Translations under genes and position numbers: made by a program
The notes under the pieces: model-generated
What the model was told of the DNA's origin: nothing
Seen by the model: the letters and a program-made list of their open reading frames with translations, nothing else
Databases searched by the model: none
Shown: positions 13,071-26,308 of the stretch, piece after piece
How the letters are laid out: every line of letters begins with the position of its first letter
Numbering within the stretch: position 1 is the stretch's first letter
Assembly (NCBI GenBank): GCA_023645945.1
Contig: JALAIB010000015.1
Coordinates: 1-49,733 of the forward strand
Direction: 5' to 3'
Origin: Diploschistes diacapsis
Lineage: Eukaryota
Length of the DNA stretch: 49,733 nt

Positions 13071-16000
13071 CTAGCCTCCTTTCCTTTCGCTCGGGTCCAT
13101 TGGGATTGTAGCCGACCCCACACTTGCCGACTTCTTATTCTTTTTCTTCTTGTTGGTCGACTGCTGCCACCCTGAAGTCTGTGGTGCATGGTTCGGTTTC
13201 GGCTGCAGCTGCTGAAGTTCTCGCTGAGCAGGCGCCTTTGTTGCAGAAGTCGTGATAGGCAGGCCATTTGGCGGCGGCTGGATCTCATTGCCCTTTAGCT
13301 CAGCAGAGTTGGAGGCCTTGCCCTTTGGCAGACTAGCTTTAGCGGCAGCCAGATCTTGATGCGCGTTATAGCTTTCGGCGAGGGGAGATGGCGCTGGTTC
13401 CTTGCTTCCAGTAAGCGACGATGCCCGTCCGTGGGCGCTCCTGCTTTGCGCTTCGCCAAGACCGCTTTGACCGCGAGTCGTAGTGGGTGACGGCGTTCTC
13501 ACCTCCCGCACCGGAGATAGGGTTGCCAGGGGTTTGAGCGAGCTTGCCAGATTCAGTCCAGACAGCGTAGACGAATGATGGGCAGACTTTTGCGGCATGT
13601 TGTGCTTCAGCAGAGACCTTTCCAACGCTTTGCTAGGATCGACTTCAATTCCCAAAGCATTCGGACTCACGCCAGCCACCATCTCCTCTCGAATGGTCGG
13701 AACTTGAGTAACCATCTCGGGGGTTCTGCCGTCGTCCGACCGTGCTGTTTGTGCGGGTCGAAATGAGGCCCTGGCAGGAAACTCGCCGAATTGGAGGGTC
13801 CCAGGAGCAAGCGGCACGTTGGGACGCTCCGAGTGACCATCCAGTGCGAGCGGGTCGGTCCTCTCCTGGACTGGCGTCGGAGCAGACCCAGATGTAGGCG
13901 TGTCGATCGGCCGGTCGTCCGAATTGGTTGATGCTGGTCCGCTGCTGACGGGAGGATAGAACACGGTTTCCGGAGGAGTGGCGTAGTCGGAAGCATCGCT
14001 GGACCCATCAACAATGACAGGCCCGGACGATCGAGTCGGCCCGTCTCCTACCATGCCTCTGCTATACTGCTGGAACGGCGGAGACTCACTGGAATAGAAA
14101 TTGATAGAATGCCCACCGGAAAGGCTGCTACGGGAGGGCGACGGTGACCTTGAACTTTGTCGACCAAGCCGACTTAGATTCGGGGAGACCGTTCTGGCAC
14201 GCTGAGCAAGATCGCTGTAGCCAGAGTATTGAGGAGTGACGAAATGACGATCACGAGGGTGATGTGCACCGTTCGGGTCGACAAAATATCCCATGTACTG
14301 TCGGAACGACACATCGTCCATCGTGGGGTCATAGAACAAAGACCCTGCATCAGGGGAATCTGGTGTGCTTTGATGGCGATCACCGCGTCTGCTTTGCAAA
14401 TAGGCCTGTTGATACTGTTGCAGGGTCGAGTAGCCTTGAAGTTGCCCCTGCGGAGGCGGCTGACGCGCATTTGTCGGGACAGTGCGACCGTTAGGTTGAT
14501 TGACTTTTATATTGGCAGGGGGCTGAGAATGCGAACGAAGGCCTGCGTTATCAGCTGGAATGATCGGCCGAGCACCCCGCCGCACGTCTATCGGCACCAA
14601 CTGAGCCGCGGCCTGCGAAGGCGAGGATGGACTCGTAGTGCTCTGCGAAGTCGGTAGAGATGGAGACTGATTCATCACTGGTACCGGGTAGTAGTATGCT
14701 TGCACGGACCTGAGAGGAGCTGAGAGAGGAGGGGGATCTATGTTCGAGTGCCGACGATGGCCGTCCGAGTTCGCCTGCTGAACATAAGGAGCCGTGTTTG
14801 CCTGTAGCGGCTGATGCTGTACCTGTGCGGTGATTTGCGCATGAAGAGTTGCCTGAGCCCGCTGGTGCATCTGCAAGCGTAGTTGCTGCTCTTGATGTTG
14901 CAGCAGCTGATAGTGGTGAATTAGCTGGTCGTGTATCTGGTTGCTGGACACCGATCTCTCCCCATTCGGCATGTGCGTATACAGAGGCATCTTGTTCATC
15001 GCGGCAGCGCTTGAAGCTCGCCGATTTGAAGGTCCGTTCCTGTGTCTCTGGCCCGAGCCGCTCCCTTTACTGCTGTTGCTTCCCCCTTTGACAGGTCGTC
15101 CTGATTGGGATTGACTTCTTGCAATTATCGGTCGGGGCTGTTGAGGAGGCCTCGTCCAGAACCGCTCCTCGTGGACGGGGAATTCGTACTGCTCGCAACA
15201 TTCGTTCAGCTTACCTTGAGAAATCAAGTCAAAGGCTCGCCTCAGCTCCAGGTGGACCCCACGAAATGAGGTATCGTCTGCTGTGTTGCCGAGGTTTCGT
15301 TCGATATTGAACGGTTCTTCTACCCCGAGACGGTTGTTCTGCAAGAGATGCCACTTTTTGTTCAATTTCGAGATCAACCCGCCTTCCCTCACAGAAATGA
15401 CTTCGCGCTCGTAATTTATTTCGTGGCCGTATCTGCGGAAGAACCCGAACAACAAATCACCCAGCGACTCGCCATTGTCTTTACCAAAGCCTTTGAGCGA
15501 TTCCAGGTCATCGCAAAAGGTTACTGTTCCGCCCTGCGACCTCGACGCATCGTAAAAGGGAGGCTGCTGCAGATTTGGTAGAATCTTTGGGTTCCTCGTC
15601 TGGAGAAAATTAATAATCATGCATATCCATGTATAAGAGCTTAGCGTTCCACCAAGGGCTGCGGCGCGCATCAGTCTTGACTCTCTACCGTCTGGTTGCT
15701 TCCTTACCCGCGTCGTTGAGTATCCTCCTCCTTGTCCAATGCTTGACTATCATGGCCAGTGGTCTGACACGCGGGTCGATCTGCACATATGTTTTGATCA
15801 TTTTGGTGTTGTTCAAGGCAGCGCTGTTGTTGACGTTCATATCACACGCCAGCTTCAGCTCCGGATCCCAAATCTTGACGATCGGCACCTTTGCGTGTGG
15901 GACGCAAACAACATCCTCCATGCCGTCTAGTGTATTACCGTTAGCCATCAGGACCCCTCGAGTCCCGCGGTTCAAACTCACGCTCGCCGAGAGCCTTGGC

Positions 16001-16705
16001 AAGTAAGCATGTACGTTCGAGGGCCCTCATCGGCGTCGTTATACATATATCCACTTTGGCTCGTTAGTCTCGTTGCTTCATACTCTGGCGCACACACAGA
16101 CCATCCGAGTCGCTTGTACATAGCAGATTTCCTGACGATCCAAAGACACGAACCCTGATATCGTTTCCCGGCCACCGCTCGTTCAGCAATTTCTCCAGTT
16201 TCGCCACAAACTTCGAACGCCTCTCCTCACTTTCCTTGGACGGCAGTAACCGATCGTAGAGCTCCCTCATGTCACCACTCAGTTTTTGCTCCTCCGGCTG
16301 ATCCAGGTGCTTCCTGACTTTGGTCGGGGATGAGTCGAGCTTGTCGCTGCCGATCGAGTATGGCATGCGTCTTCTGAAATGTGCCATGCCCGTCTCATAC
16401 TTGCACCCTGACAGAAACGGGGTTCTGCCAGGCGGTCGAAGGGTACCGTCAGACTCGGAGCGAGCCGTCCGGGGCGACGTGGCTTCAGCATTCTTGTTTA
16501 TCGGAGAAGGTGTACGGTATGAGCCTAGGAGTTCGCGGGCGCGAATGTAGGGGGTCGAGGGAAGGGAGTTGGATTGGTGGGTCGTAAGAGTCGGCCGAGA
16601 CGGAGCGTCTGTCGCCTGCAATGCGTTCATCTTATTCAAGTTTTGCTCCGTCATTCTTCCAATACCACCCTCGTGGTTCATCCGTCGATTGCCAACCTCT
16701 GCCAT
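13071..16705 (-). CDS. Cid1/Cid13-family non-canonical poly(A)/poly(U) polymerase with a PAP-associated domain and a long low-complexity C-terminus
   Basis: Spliced catalytic motif VFGSSGNLLCTSDSDVDICI, then AKVPIVKIWDPELKLACDMNVNN, VKHWTRRRILNDA, GGTLSSYTWICMII and VEEPFNIERNLGN. Three introns. The start codon is uncertain (ATG at 16705 used). Confidence 0.9.
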
Positions 16706-17630
16706 GGTCGATATGTGAATCCCATGGGTGGGTGGCGTCGAAGGCGGCGACCTGGATAGAGAGGCCACCGTTTAAGGGCTCGAGAAAAACAAGTCGCTGT
16801 TGTGCTGTACTTTTTTTTCTCTTGACTATCAGTAGCGGATGAGATGTAGAGTCAAGGGTCTCGCGGATCGAAAACGGTCGGACCGCGTTGAAAGGAAAAA
16901 GGGTTGCGTAAAGGAGGAGGTGGACGGTGAGAGAGGCTTGGGCTTTGTGTCTTTTTTGCGTTGGAGACCCGCTGAAGTGTCCCCTGCGAGGAAACAAAAT
17001 ATTAGAATATATGAACGACGGATTTACAGTGATGTCGGTTTCTGGGTCGCCAGTGAAGATAGATAGATGCTCTGCTGAGGAAGGAAAGACTGAGGTCAGC
17101 CAGAGGCGTTACTCAGCCATGAAATGGTAGGGGCGAGCAAGGTGCACGGAGCCTTGGAAAGTCAGCAAACGTTAAGAGCAGTCAGTAACTTCCAAGATGG
17201 GAATGCCCAAACCCCTTGATTTGTCGCTTGTCCAGATCTTTACAAAAAGAAATCTACAAGACCTAAGTTCGTTCCAGGTGGTATAAGAAGTTTAACGGAA
17301 CGTCAAGATGCAAGGTACCTCCTACGGGGAATACGGAGAGGCCATGGAAAGTAGTAGTATAGTAGTACCTCTGTAGGACAGCAGGGGGATTGATACAGAG
17401 AGGTACAGTCAACTGAATACATGTACTGGACACTAAGCAGGGGGGCTTAGCCAAGTGACGACTAATAATACAAAATAGCCCGGGGGGGCCGGGGGATCTT
17501 GGACCCCCGTTTGGGGTGACTGTTTGGAGCTTTGCCCAGTGAGTAAAACTAAGCAACAAACGGGCCAAGCTTAGTCATTGATTGGTCTTGGAGGATTTTC
17601 AGTTTGGCGCTAGAAACCTTGGGAACAATG

Positions 17631-17670
17631 CCGCTAAAGGACGCTAAAAGACGCTAAAAGATACTAAAAG
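17631..17670. repeat. 10-bp tandem repeat (ACGCTAAAAG-like) x4
   Basis: ccgctaaagg acgctaaaag acgctaaaag atactaaaag. Confidence 0.85.
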
Positions 17671-18300
17671 GCTTATCTCCATCCTTCGGTACTGACTGTA
17701 AGTAGATCGATGTTACGATCCAAGTAACTAGGTGGTAGTCCACTTGGCACTTCATAGCTGATCGGGCATCTTCCCAACCACTCCTTGTATATAGTTCAAT
17801 CATGGTGACGTCGGTTACGTGATGAGTAGAAAGCCTTGGAGGCTATTCTACCCTTCTGTGGGTAGAACGGGAGAACGGTAGTTCTACTTATTTACTGATT
17901 TACTCCACTAGGGAGCAGTTGGTTATATAGGAACACCGCCATGGCTTCTATGAGTCGGGGCGTGTTCACTTTTATAGATATCTTTAGCGGTTGTTCGAGA
18001 TCAATTTATATTCGTTACCCTCTATTAATAGAGAGCAATCTTTTCAGAGATTAGTACAGACCTGTAACCGATTTATTTCTTCTTCTTTTTATACTCCTCT
18101 TCTAACAGAGACCAACCCTACCTTGATCAATACCTCGTGTCTATCTTGTAGAGATAGAGATCACAACAGTCGACACCTTATTATATGTTGAGAAAACTTC
18201 TATATTCAACCTGTCCATCTACCACTCTACAGGAACTGAAGGAAAAAGGTTTGTTCAAGAGACAACCCAACGCACTAGCCTCAACAGATGGACAGGTAGG

Positions 18301-18467
18301 CTTTGCCGCCACTTTAGGCCCACAAAAGAGAGCCTGCGGGATGCTTGAGACCAATTACAAAAACAATTTCTGGAAGTTCTGGGGAGAGCTCCAAGTATCT
18401 CAGGCCTATTTTGTACTTGATCTAAAGGATTCCCTAAAGCTCTTGTATGGACATGAAGTAGTGGAAG
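18301..18467 (+). repeat. Dispersed dyad-symmetric intergenic element, copy A
   Basis: Aligns by eye with 33715-33872(-) and 39928-40071(+). Its two arms are imperfect inverted repeats of each other. Confidence 0.8.
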
Positions 18468-19084
18468 AGATGTCTGCTTTGCAAGTTATTTTTAAATATC
18501 GCCTGACAGGTTGACTTGGTTCGAGGCAAGCTCATGGAGTTGTAGGAGCCGCCGCGGATTTCGAGCATGACATTTCACCAGGAACTGAAACTTTGGCAGC
18601 GATAAAAAGAAGCTCATTTGCGGCACAATAGATTGAATTCGAGCTTTTGGAAAGGCCTGCATATGCATGAAGCCGTGGACAACTGTATTAGCTCGAGGTA
18701 ATTCCAGACTGCAGAAAGGTACGGGTTCGAGATGAGAATCCTATCCAACATTCAACTCGAGCATGCTCTTTCGTCACGCGAGACATGGATTGCAGGGAGA
18801 CATTTTGAAAGCAATAGGCATTCAGCCTAGTAAATTCCATGGTAACTATATCTGCCCGCTCAGCCGTGGCCAGAGCAAGCACGTCATGTAGCGATTGCGC
18901 GCCAACCACCGTTCCCAGTAATGGAGAGATAATGCTACAAGAGCCATGCCTGGAGGGAGAAAAAGCGCCGGCCTATGCTTCTTGAACCCACCTGGACAGA
19001 AAACCTCAAGTCATACCGTAGAAGTCGTCGATGTTCACGCGCCCATCAGAGAAGAAAATGAACAGCAGCAGAGGAGCACCGAGC

Positions 19085-22019
19085 TCAATCTGCTTTCTGG
19101 TCCGTCTCTATCGGGCTCGGACTCTTGACGGACAAGCTTATCGTCATCTTTTTCGATGGCGGCACTTCCTTGGCTAGCGAAAAGCTCTTCTTCCTTCGCA
19201 GCGTGTTGCTGCCCGCGCCCGCGGCGGGCGAGCTCGACCCAATGGATGAAGTACGCCGCTTCGACATAGAAAGCTTGCCCAGCTCATCCTCCTCGTCCTC
19301 CTCTCTTCTCCGTTTCTCGGCGACACGCTCCGGCGGAGTCGAGGGCAATGGCACGCTCTTCGAGCTCGGTGCCACGTTCTCCATACCGTCTGTGCCCATG
19401 TCGTTCACAGCGTAGCCAGGTGGTTTGTGGTAGAAGCTCCGAAGGCTGGGCGGGCTCAACTCTTCTTCATCGTCCGGATAATCTACCAAGGGTTTCATCA
19501 GGGGCGAAGCGCCATTAGCCAGGGGGTTCAAGGATTTGGGGTTGGAGGCGGCAAGCTCGTCCTCATCATCAGAAGTGTTAAAATACTGCTCCTCTTCCGC
19601 ATCGAGTTCCTGAGCGCCCTGCCATCTCCGGTTCGCGCCGTTGATCTTTGTACGCATGGGCGTGCCATCATCGACTTGGCTGAACAACACAGTCTCCATA
19701 TCCTGGGCAAAACCCTGCATGCGCTCATGTGCTTGAATAAGTTGGTCAAACAAATCAACATAAGTGATATCCTCCAATCGTTGTCGATAGCATTCAACCA
19801 CGTGGCGCAAGATTGGTTTGACGTTGTCTCGTTTGACGAATTCGAACAACTCCAAGCAGGCAGAGTTGAGTAGGTTGTCCCGTGGGAGGGTCTCGTAGAC
19901 AATATCGAGGATGAGACCAAAGATTTGGTTCTGTGTTATTTGATTGTAGTAGAACTGGTCCTTAAGACCCAGGCACGTCCGGAAGAATTTCAAGGCAACT
20001 TTGGGATGATCAGCCGAAACGAAAGCCAAATGAGTTATTCCGTACTTACTTAGCTTCATGTGCTTCTGCGAGGAGCCCAGAAGCTGCCCGACGCGAGCCG
20101 TCATTGATTCTTGCGCAACAAAAAACTTGCTCCGGTAGAGGTGCTGGCGCACAAAGTACATGAGGATGTCAACAAGGTGACAGTAAAGTGATACCTCGTT
20201 AAAGGACAGATTCTTGACCGACTCCCGTTTCTCAAGGTCCTTGAGCGGCTGAAACAGCTTCTTTGCGCCGTTATCGTAAAAGTCTTGGATGAACGAATCG
20301 GTCTGCTGCGCGACGGCGGTGTTGCTCTTGTATCTAGCAAGGGGTTGCTCGGTCATCCGACCGGCTCCGTCGGGCGGCGCCTGCTGCGGATCCAAGAGAA
20401 CCTTGATGGCATCCGCTGCCTGAGCCTTGACGCCCAGATCGTTCTCGACCAGAAGCAGATCGATCAGGGTGTCGGTGAGTGGCGTCCGCTTGTCGGCAAT
20501 GGCCGTGAAGATGTGCGATCTGACCATGGCCGGGTCATGGTCGATCATCGCAACGAGTATGTCGGTACCAGCTATCCGTATGGCTGCATCGTGTTGGCCC
20601 AGGGCATAGATGATGACATTGAGAAGGCCGTTCTGGACAAAGCTGCCGTACAGCGACTGCCGCGCTTGGGGTTGGAGGTTCTTCGCAATCGCACAACACT
20701 GCTGGATGAAGCAGACCGCGTCCTTTCTTCGAGCGGGCGACGCTTCCTTGCCATCTATGAGATTGAACAGATCCTCGAGAAAGGATGGGCTTTGTTGTAG
20801 ATGGGTTACGATGTCAACCTGGTTGAAGAATATCAAGGAGTTGAGGACACCGAAGGTAGGGTCGTCCAGTATCCGTGCCAGAACAACATCCTTGAGGTAT
20901 TGTAGCCTCCAGGTGGCGTGTATCTTTCGCGTGATGTTTTCGTCGTTGATGGGGACAACTTCCTTGAATCTGGATTTGTTCTGGAGGTATTGTCGGTGAT
21001 TTGCTTTGTGATGTGGGAATTCGTGGTCATCTATAACAACTCTTTGAGTTTCCCCACCCTACGAACTGAGGAATGCACTTACATTCTAGGGCTCCGACAA
21101 CACCGAGTATTATGCCGTCACTCACCATAAGCTCGATTATTTGGGTGTCGTTCAGCAGAATTAACATCTTCATGATATTGCTCAAGCGATGCAGATCTGA
21201 CAAATCCTCGAAATCTTCTGCTATCTCCACGAGCGAGACCAATCTACGAATATAGTCCTCCCCCAGAAGCAGCTTTGTTAGCGCTTCTCGACCCTGCTGC
21301 GAGCCGCTCGCGGCGCGGATTGCTGCGTCTATATTGGCGACATTCTTAAGTTCGGGGGGTGGAAGCATGACAGAATTTGGGAAGGTGTCGATCGCGTCAT
21401 CCGAAAGGGCGTCGTCGCCTATCTCGCGTCAGCAGCAGTTGTGCACGCAAGGTATCCCACATTTGCTTTGCACATACCTGGTACTGCCATTTGGAGGAGC
21501 TGCTGTTGCACTCGATTGACAAAATTCCTTCATAACTGGGTCAGCTGCTGCACTTCGATCTTATTCCGGATGAATAAGAGACCCACCATATCGCCGCGCA
21601 TCCTTCTGCCTCTTGAAAGCTCAGCGCCATATCCGGTCCATTCGTCTCGTTCCATACTATGAGCGTTTCTATAGATCGTTCAGCTTCCAAGCTTTGAGGA
21701 CAATGCTTTTCCTTTCATTATACCACCCTGCTTTTGATATCCATCATCTTTCTGTACTCTTTTTTCAAGTAATATACGATCTGGGTGGTCTTCCGACCCA
21801 ACGTAAATATTGGATTCATCCTGGCGGCGAATCAGCGCGGTTTTTCGCCAACGCGCATTCAGCGCAAAGCATCTAAATGTTGTGCTTGGGTCTCGCTGTA
21901 CATACGTTGACGACCTGCCCTGCGCAGAATCCAGTTCCTCGATCAAACCAGTCATTGTTACGCAGCTCATACACCTTTACCCGTCTTCTGTCGTTTGTAG
22001 GAGGCGCCACCAGCGCCAT
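19085..22019 (-). CDS. PSY2: Protein phosphatase 4 regulatory subunit 3 (Psy2/SMEK/SMK-1, EVH1-like plus DUF625)
   Basis: N-terminus MALVAPPTNDRRRVKVYELRNNDWFDRGTG, then ETLIVW...ALSFQEAEGC, GALEYDHEFP and RDNLLNSACLELFEFV. Six introns reconstructed. Confidence 0.92.
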
Positions 22020-23492
22020 GTCCACGCGTCGCGTTTCCCGTATCGCCCTGGAAGGTCTGCGAGTTCGCAGTTATGCTTGAACTGAGTAATGAAGTCTATT
22101 GGAGTTGTGATGAATGTAGTTTTATTGGGGATATGAAAGCATGCGATAAGGATGGACTCGGTCGCGGTACTTGGTTATCGAAAGGTTTAGGCTTCGAGTT
22201 TGGGAAAGATGGAGGTCCGGCTCTTTGGCGCAATGGAATGTGCGAAGCTGTTCTGCCAACTCTCATTGCATGCCGGTAGACCTTCTTTTTCAGAGTTTTC
22301 TAAAGGGCGCCGAAACCGGCTGTCGCCTGTCGGAGGGACGAAGCAAGGGCTTCATTCGCAGAAATATCTTTCAAAACATCGTCAATAGATGTTCGAGCAA
22401 CTTATCGATGGTTTTAGCAAAACGCAGGATCACAGAGCTCCGCATATGACGAGGGTCTGGCCGCTTCCAAGGATGGGCGAAACTTGAGGGCTGGGGTCGC
22501 AATCGCCCGGTTATTGGGAGAGCGAGCAACGTGCACTCCCCATACTACAGCGTCGATCTCAGCCCTACGAATGACGTTTTATGCCAAGCCCTTCCACAAC
22601 CCAAGAAAGCCTATCGCAACTTCTTCGCGTTCGCTGTACTTTTAGCCACCTAGGAACCATCCTCAAAAGTTTTAGCCCCCTTGTTCTCCCGTTGATCTAC
22701 GCACCATGGTCCCCGTGGGGTTCGATCGAAGGTCTCAGCCTGAGAGAACTGACAGCTCGGCACCAAGCGGGTACCTATCACTCGCTATGACAAGCCCCAT
22801 CCGTCCGTATGCAAAATCGAGAGCTATCCAAACGACAAACTGGATATTCCTCCTTCAAGAAAACGCTTTGCATGCCAGTGTTTACGCTTCTGGTTAGTTA
22901 CCTTGCTGCTTCGGGGGAGGAGTCCGTATAGATAGATCCGGGTGGGTTGCGTTGCCCTGGTTCAGCGAGAGAGACATTACATTTTAACAACTAAAGTTTA
23001 GACGACACAACATGTACAACATTCCAGACTAATGACGTTCCAAACACACTGTTTTGTATCCCGTGAACAACCGGTGAGTATCTCAAATCAGTACAAGCCT
23101 CTAACAAACCCTTCCAATTCCGATTCAAACAAGAAAGAACAGGCCCCAAGCGCTACCCACCGCCAATTCCCCGTTTGCAAGTTTGCCAAGATGCTCCCAG
23201 ATTAAACCACCAAGCATGGGTATTAGCCCGAACCGTATTGACCGCACCCATGACAAGCCTGAACACAAATGGAGCAACTGAAACGCCGCCGTAGACTGCT
23301 GCCGAATAGGGAATGTGCAAAACCCGAGTCGAACAACAGGAGAAATGATACCGTCCTGGCGCCTGCAGTCATGAAGGAAGAATGCGAATGCGAGAATATA
23401 GACTCCAAAGATGCACCGCCAACCCTGCCACCACCATGACAACGAAACTCTCGAAAATACTTTGTAGCAGACAGAACATGGGTCTCTGCCTT

Positions 23493-24931
23493 CTACCCCC
23501 AAACGGCGGAAGAAACGCCGCCAAGTGAGCTTTTGCCCCAGACGCCGCTTCCGTTGCCCCAGTTTACGTTGGGAGTCATATTGTCCTTGGCAGCAGGGGT
23601 CGGGTTGCCGGCTGCGCTTCCTGCTCGCTCATTTTGAGCGTTGGCCTCGCTAGGAGCAAAGCCGAAACTAAGTGGACTAGAGGCGGGCGGTGTGTTGCGC
23701 TTGGTCAGGGCAGGGTTTGCGGCATGGGCCGGACGGGTGCCGATAGGTGCGGGCGCAGTGACGCCTTTTGCTGAGCGTGGAGGAGAACCTCCGGGTGAGG
23801 AGGTAGACGTTCGAGAAGATTGCTGAGCCGTAGTGACTTGATCGAAGACAGCAAACTTCTGTGTGTTCGAGGCTGGAGATGAGTTGCTGTTGGTCCTCGA
23901 GCGGGTGTTTTGAGGGTTAGGGCACGGTCCGGTCTTTGCAGCATCCTCGACTCCGGCAGCGTGAGTCGGGTCTTGCACAGCAGAATAGCCATATCCCATC
24001 GGCGAGGGTCCACGGCCACCAACGTCTGCGATGGAAGGATTTCCCGGCCGAGGAGTCTGATTGTCGTCGCCGTAGCCATTTTTGGGCTCATAAGATGCTG
24101 TCTCGCTACCGTACAGAGCCTTGTGTTGACGAGAGATCAGTTCCCGACGTTCGTCTTCGTTCATGGTATTGGGGCTCATGGAGCGTTCCGATTTGCTGTG
24201 GGTAGACATACCTACAATTAATCTGCGTGTGAGTCCAAGCGGGTTTGTTCCAAGCTCGGAAACCTACTTCGATTGTACTGCTGTTCCTGGTGATAATTTC
24301 GAAGGTCGCGCTCGCGCTGAGCAGCCATGCGACGTTTCGCTTGGTGCATTGGATCGGGCTCTATGCCGCTGCGGGAAGGATAGCGAGCGTTGCCATAATA
24401 GTTCTGAAGACCTGATGCGGAATGCGAGCGCATTGGATCATAGTCCATGGAGTGATGGCGAGAGGGTCCGCCCATCCTAGGATCTTGTAGAACTGTTAGT
24501 CAGGAGCCAAGGGCGTACCGAGACACGGATAGAACTTACCGAATTCTCCAAATTGCCTTCCGGCTTGAAAAGGCTCACGTCGCGAAACTAGTTTACCACT
24601 CTTTAGGAGATTGTCGATGGCTCGATCGACCTCTGCTATCGGTGAGCATTCGGGATTTCAACGACGCTCTTGTAGCTTCTTCTGAAAAGGTCCACAGAGT
24701 CGTCGGGTTCGGGGTAGAGAAACACTCGGATCCTTACCTTCGAATTGGGGGCCAAACGCAACATTTTCCTCGCGCGACAAAACAGAACTGGCGCCTTTTG
24801 TTTCAAGTCAGAACGCATTCCCGGTGTCCTTTTGGTAGCTGCAGCATACCTGAACGTGAGGGAGGCGCCTGGTCCCAGGATGATTGGCGACTCGGGTTGT
24901 GCCATGCTTGGACATCGTAGTACGAGGACAT
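23493..24931 (-). CDS. Fungal protein of unknown function, largely disordered, five exons
   Basis: ATG at 24931. Four GT-AG introns give an open frame MSSYYDVQAW...FEEVDRAIDNLLKSGKL...DPRMGG...KRRMAAQRERDLRNYHQEQQYNRSMSTHS...RRELISRQHKALYG...SAVWG*. The first three exons are absent from the supplied ORF track. Confidence 0.8.
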
Positions 24932-26308
24932 CTTCCACCACGGATGCTAAGACTGGGGGCTAATACAGATGTAGCTGATGTACCTTTTCCCAGGAAATAT
25001 GTTAGCAATGTTTCGAGCCATGATTGATTTCATCTGCAGGCCAATTTTGTTAAGGGGGAATGGGTTCGGATATATATGTACCGAGGGGCAGTTTTTCGCT
25101 CACGGATTAAAAAACGGGCTCATGCACAAACAATGGATCAAAGCATTGTGATTGAAGACACGGATGAACAGTACATGGACAATCACTCTCAGGAACACGA
25201 GAGGAGGGGGGGGGATGAAGAAGACGGAGAAGAAAAAGTGAAGGGGAAAAAAACGGATTAAAAGATTAGAACGAGCCTAGAGAGGTCGGACTAGGGTAAC
25301 GTTAGTAGATTTTGTATGGCGGGTGATTGGGCATTTTCCGGGTGTCCCCACTACTACTGGCACGGACTTGCTTGCTTGGAAACTCTTCAGGGAGCAGGGA
25401 GCAGGGAGCAACGAGCAAATGAACTTCAATAATCTCCTCCATTTAATATTCTTAACGCCCATCTGATTTCTTACTCAAAGCTCTGTCTCTAAAGCACGGG
25501 CTTTGTCCCATCCCCGCCCGTTGATAGTGACTCGGGATGATGTGGTGGGAGTGAGTACCTACAAGGTACTTCCGGCAACACCGATTAATGATGGCATGAT
25601 GAGATTTGACTCGAGGAGTGGAGGGAGGGAGGAGGGAGGGCTACAAGTAGTATGAACTGTATGAGCACACAGCACGGGCTCTAAGCGTGAAAGAAAACTG
25701 CAGGAGAGAGAGTACGTGTATATCCCAGGTAAAAGTAAAAGGGCTCAGGTACATACTTGCTTATACTTGCTTTTCCATCACCCGAATACTGGCTTCCCCT
25801 TGACGGGAACGAAAGTCGCAAGAGAGGTTGTGTCATCTCACTGTCCTCCGGCTCTACAAACTAACATACCTCATTAGTTATTAGTTGTAGACTCATTCGA
25901 GTGGGGGTTACAGCGAAAAGCTAGCGCCACGAGGTCTTCCAGAAGGTTTACGGGGAAAGGGGGCCCCAAAGGTAATTAATTTCCTGCGGCAGTGGAACCG
26001 CCGTGCGGGCCGAGCTATATAACATTGTTTCGTAGGTTGGTTTAATCAAAGTTCTTCTGCAATCCTTTTTCGGCTTTTTCTCTAGTACCTACTTTTTGTA
26101 GGATACACCAGACACCCAAGTAGATACAAGATGGCCCCCCCCTTTTGACCGGAGAGATGAGGAGTGTAAGCATGCATTGGTTCGCAAGAACTAGTTCTAG
26201 TAGGAAGGAAGGCCTTGGGATAACCCTTGGTTACCGGGTCATGAAGTGAAATCTCAACGCCAAGAAAACTGCTTGCTCTTGACGTAATGGTTGCCAGCTC
26301 ACAGCCCA

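Noticed and set aside
17440..17520. G-run cluster (possible G-quadruplex) upstream of the Cid-family gene
   Set aside because: Interspersed C runs favour ordinary duplex or hairpin pairing, and there is no further evidence of function.
18185..18514. Similar short ORFs at 18185(+), 33688(-) and 39902(+) that look like a small protein family
   Set aside because: The similarity comes from the shared DNA repeat. Frame-breaking indels between copies and palindromic symmetry argue against coding.
21820..21905. Possible stwintron in PSY2 intron 1 (internal ...tttag|atgc)
   Set aside because: No G or GT precedes the donor to rebuild an external donor, and the internal segment is only about 33 nt with no branch point.
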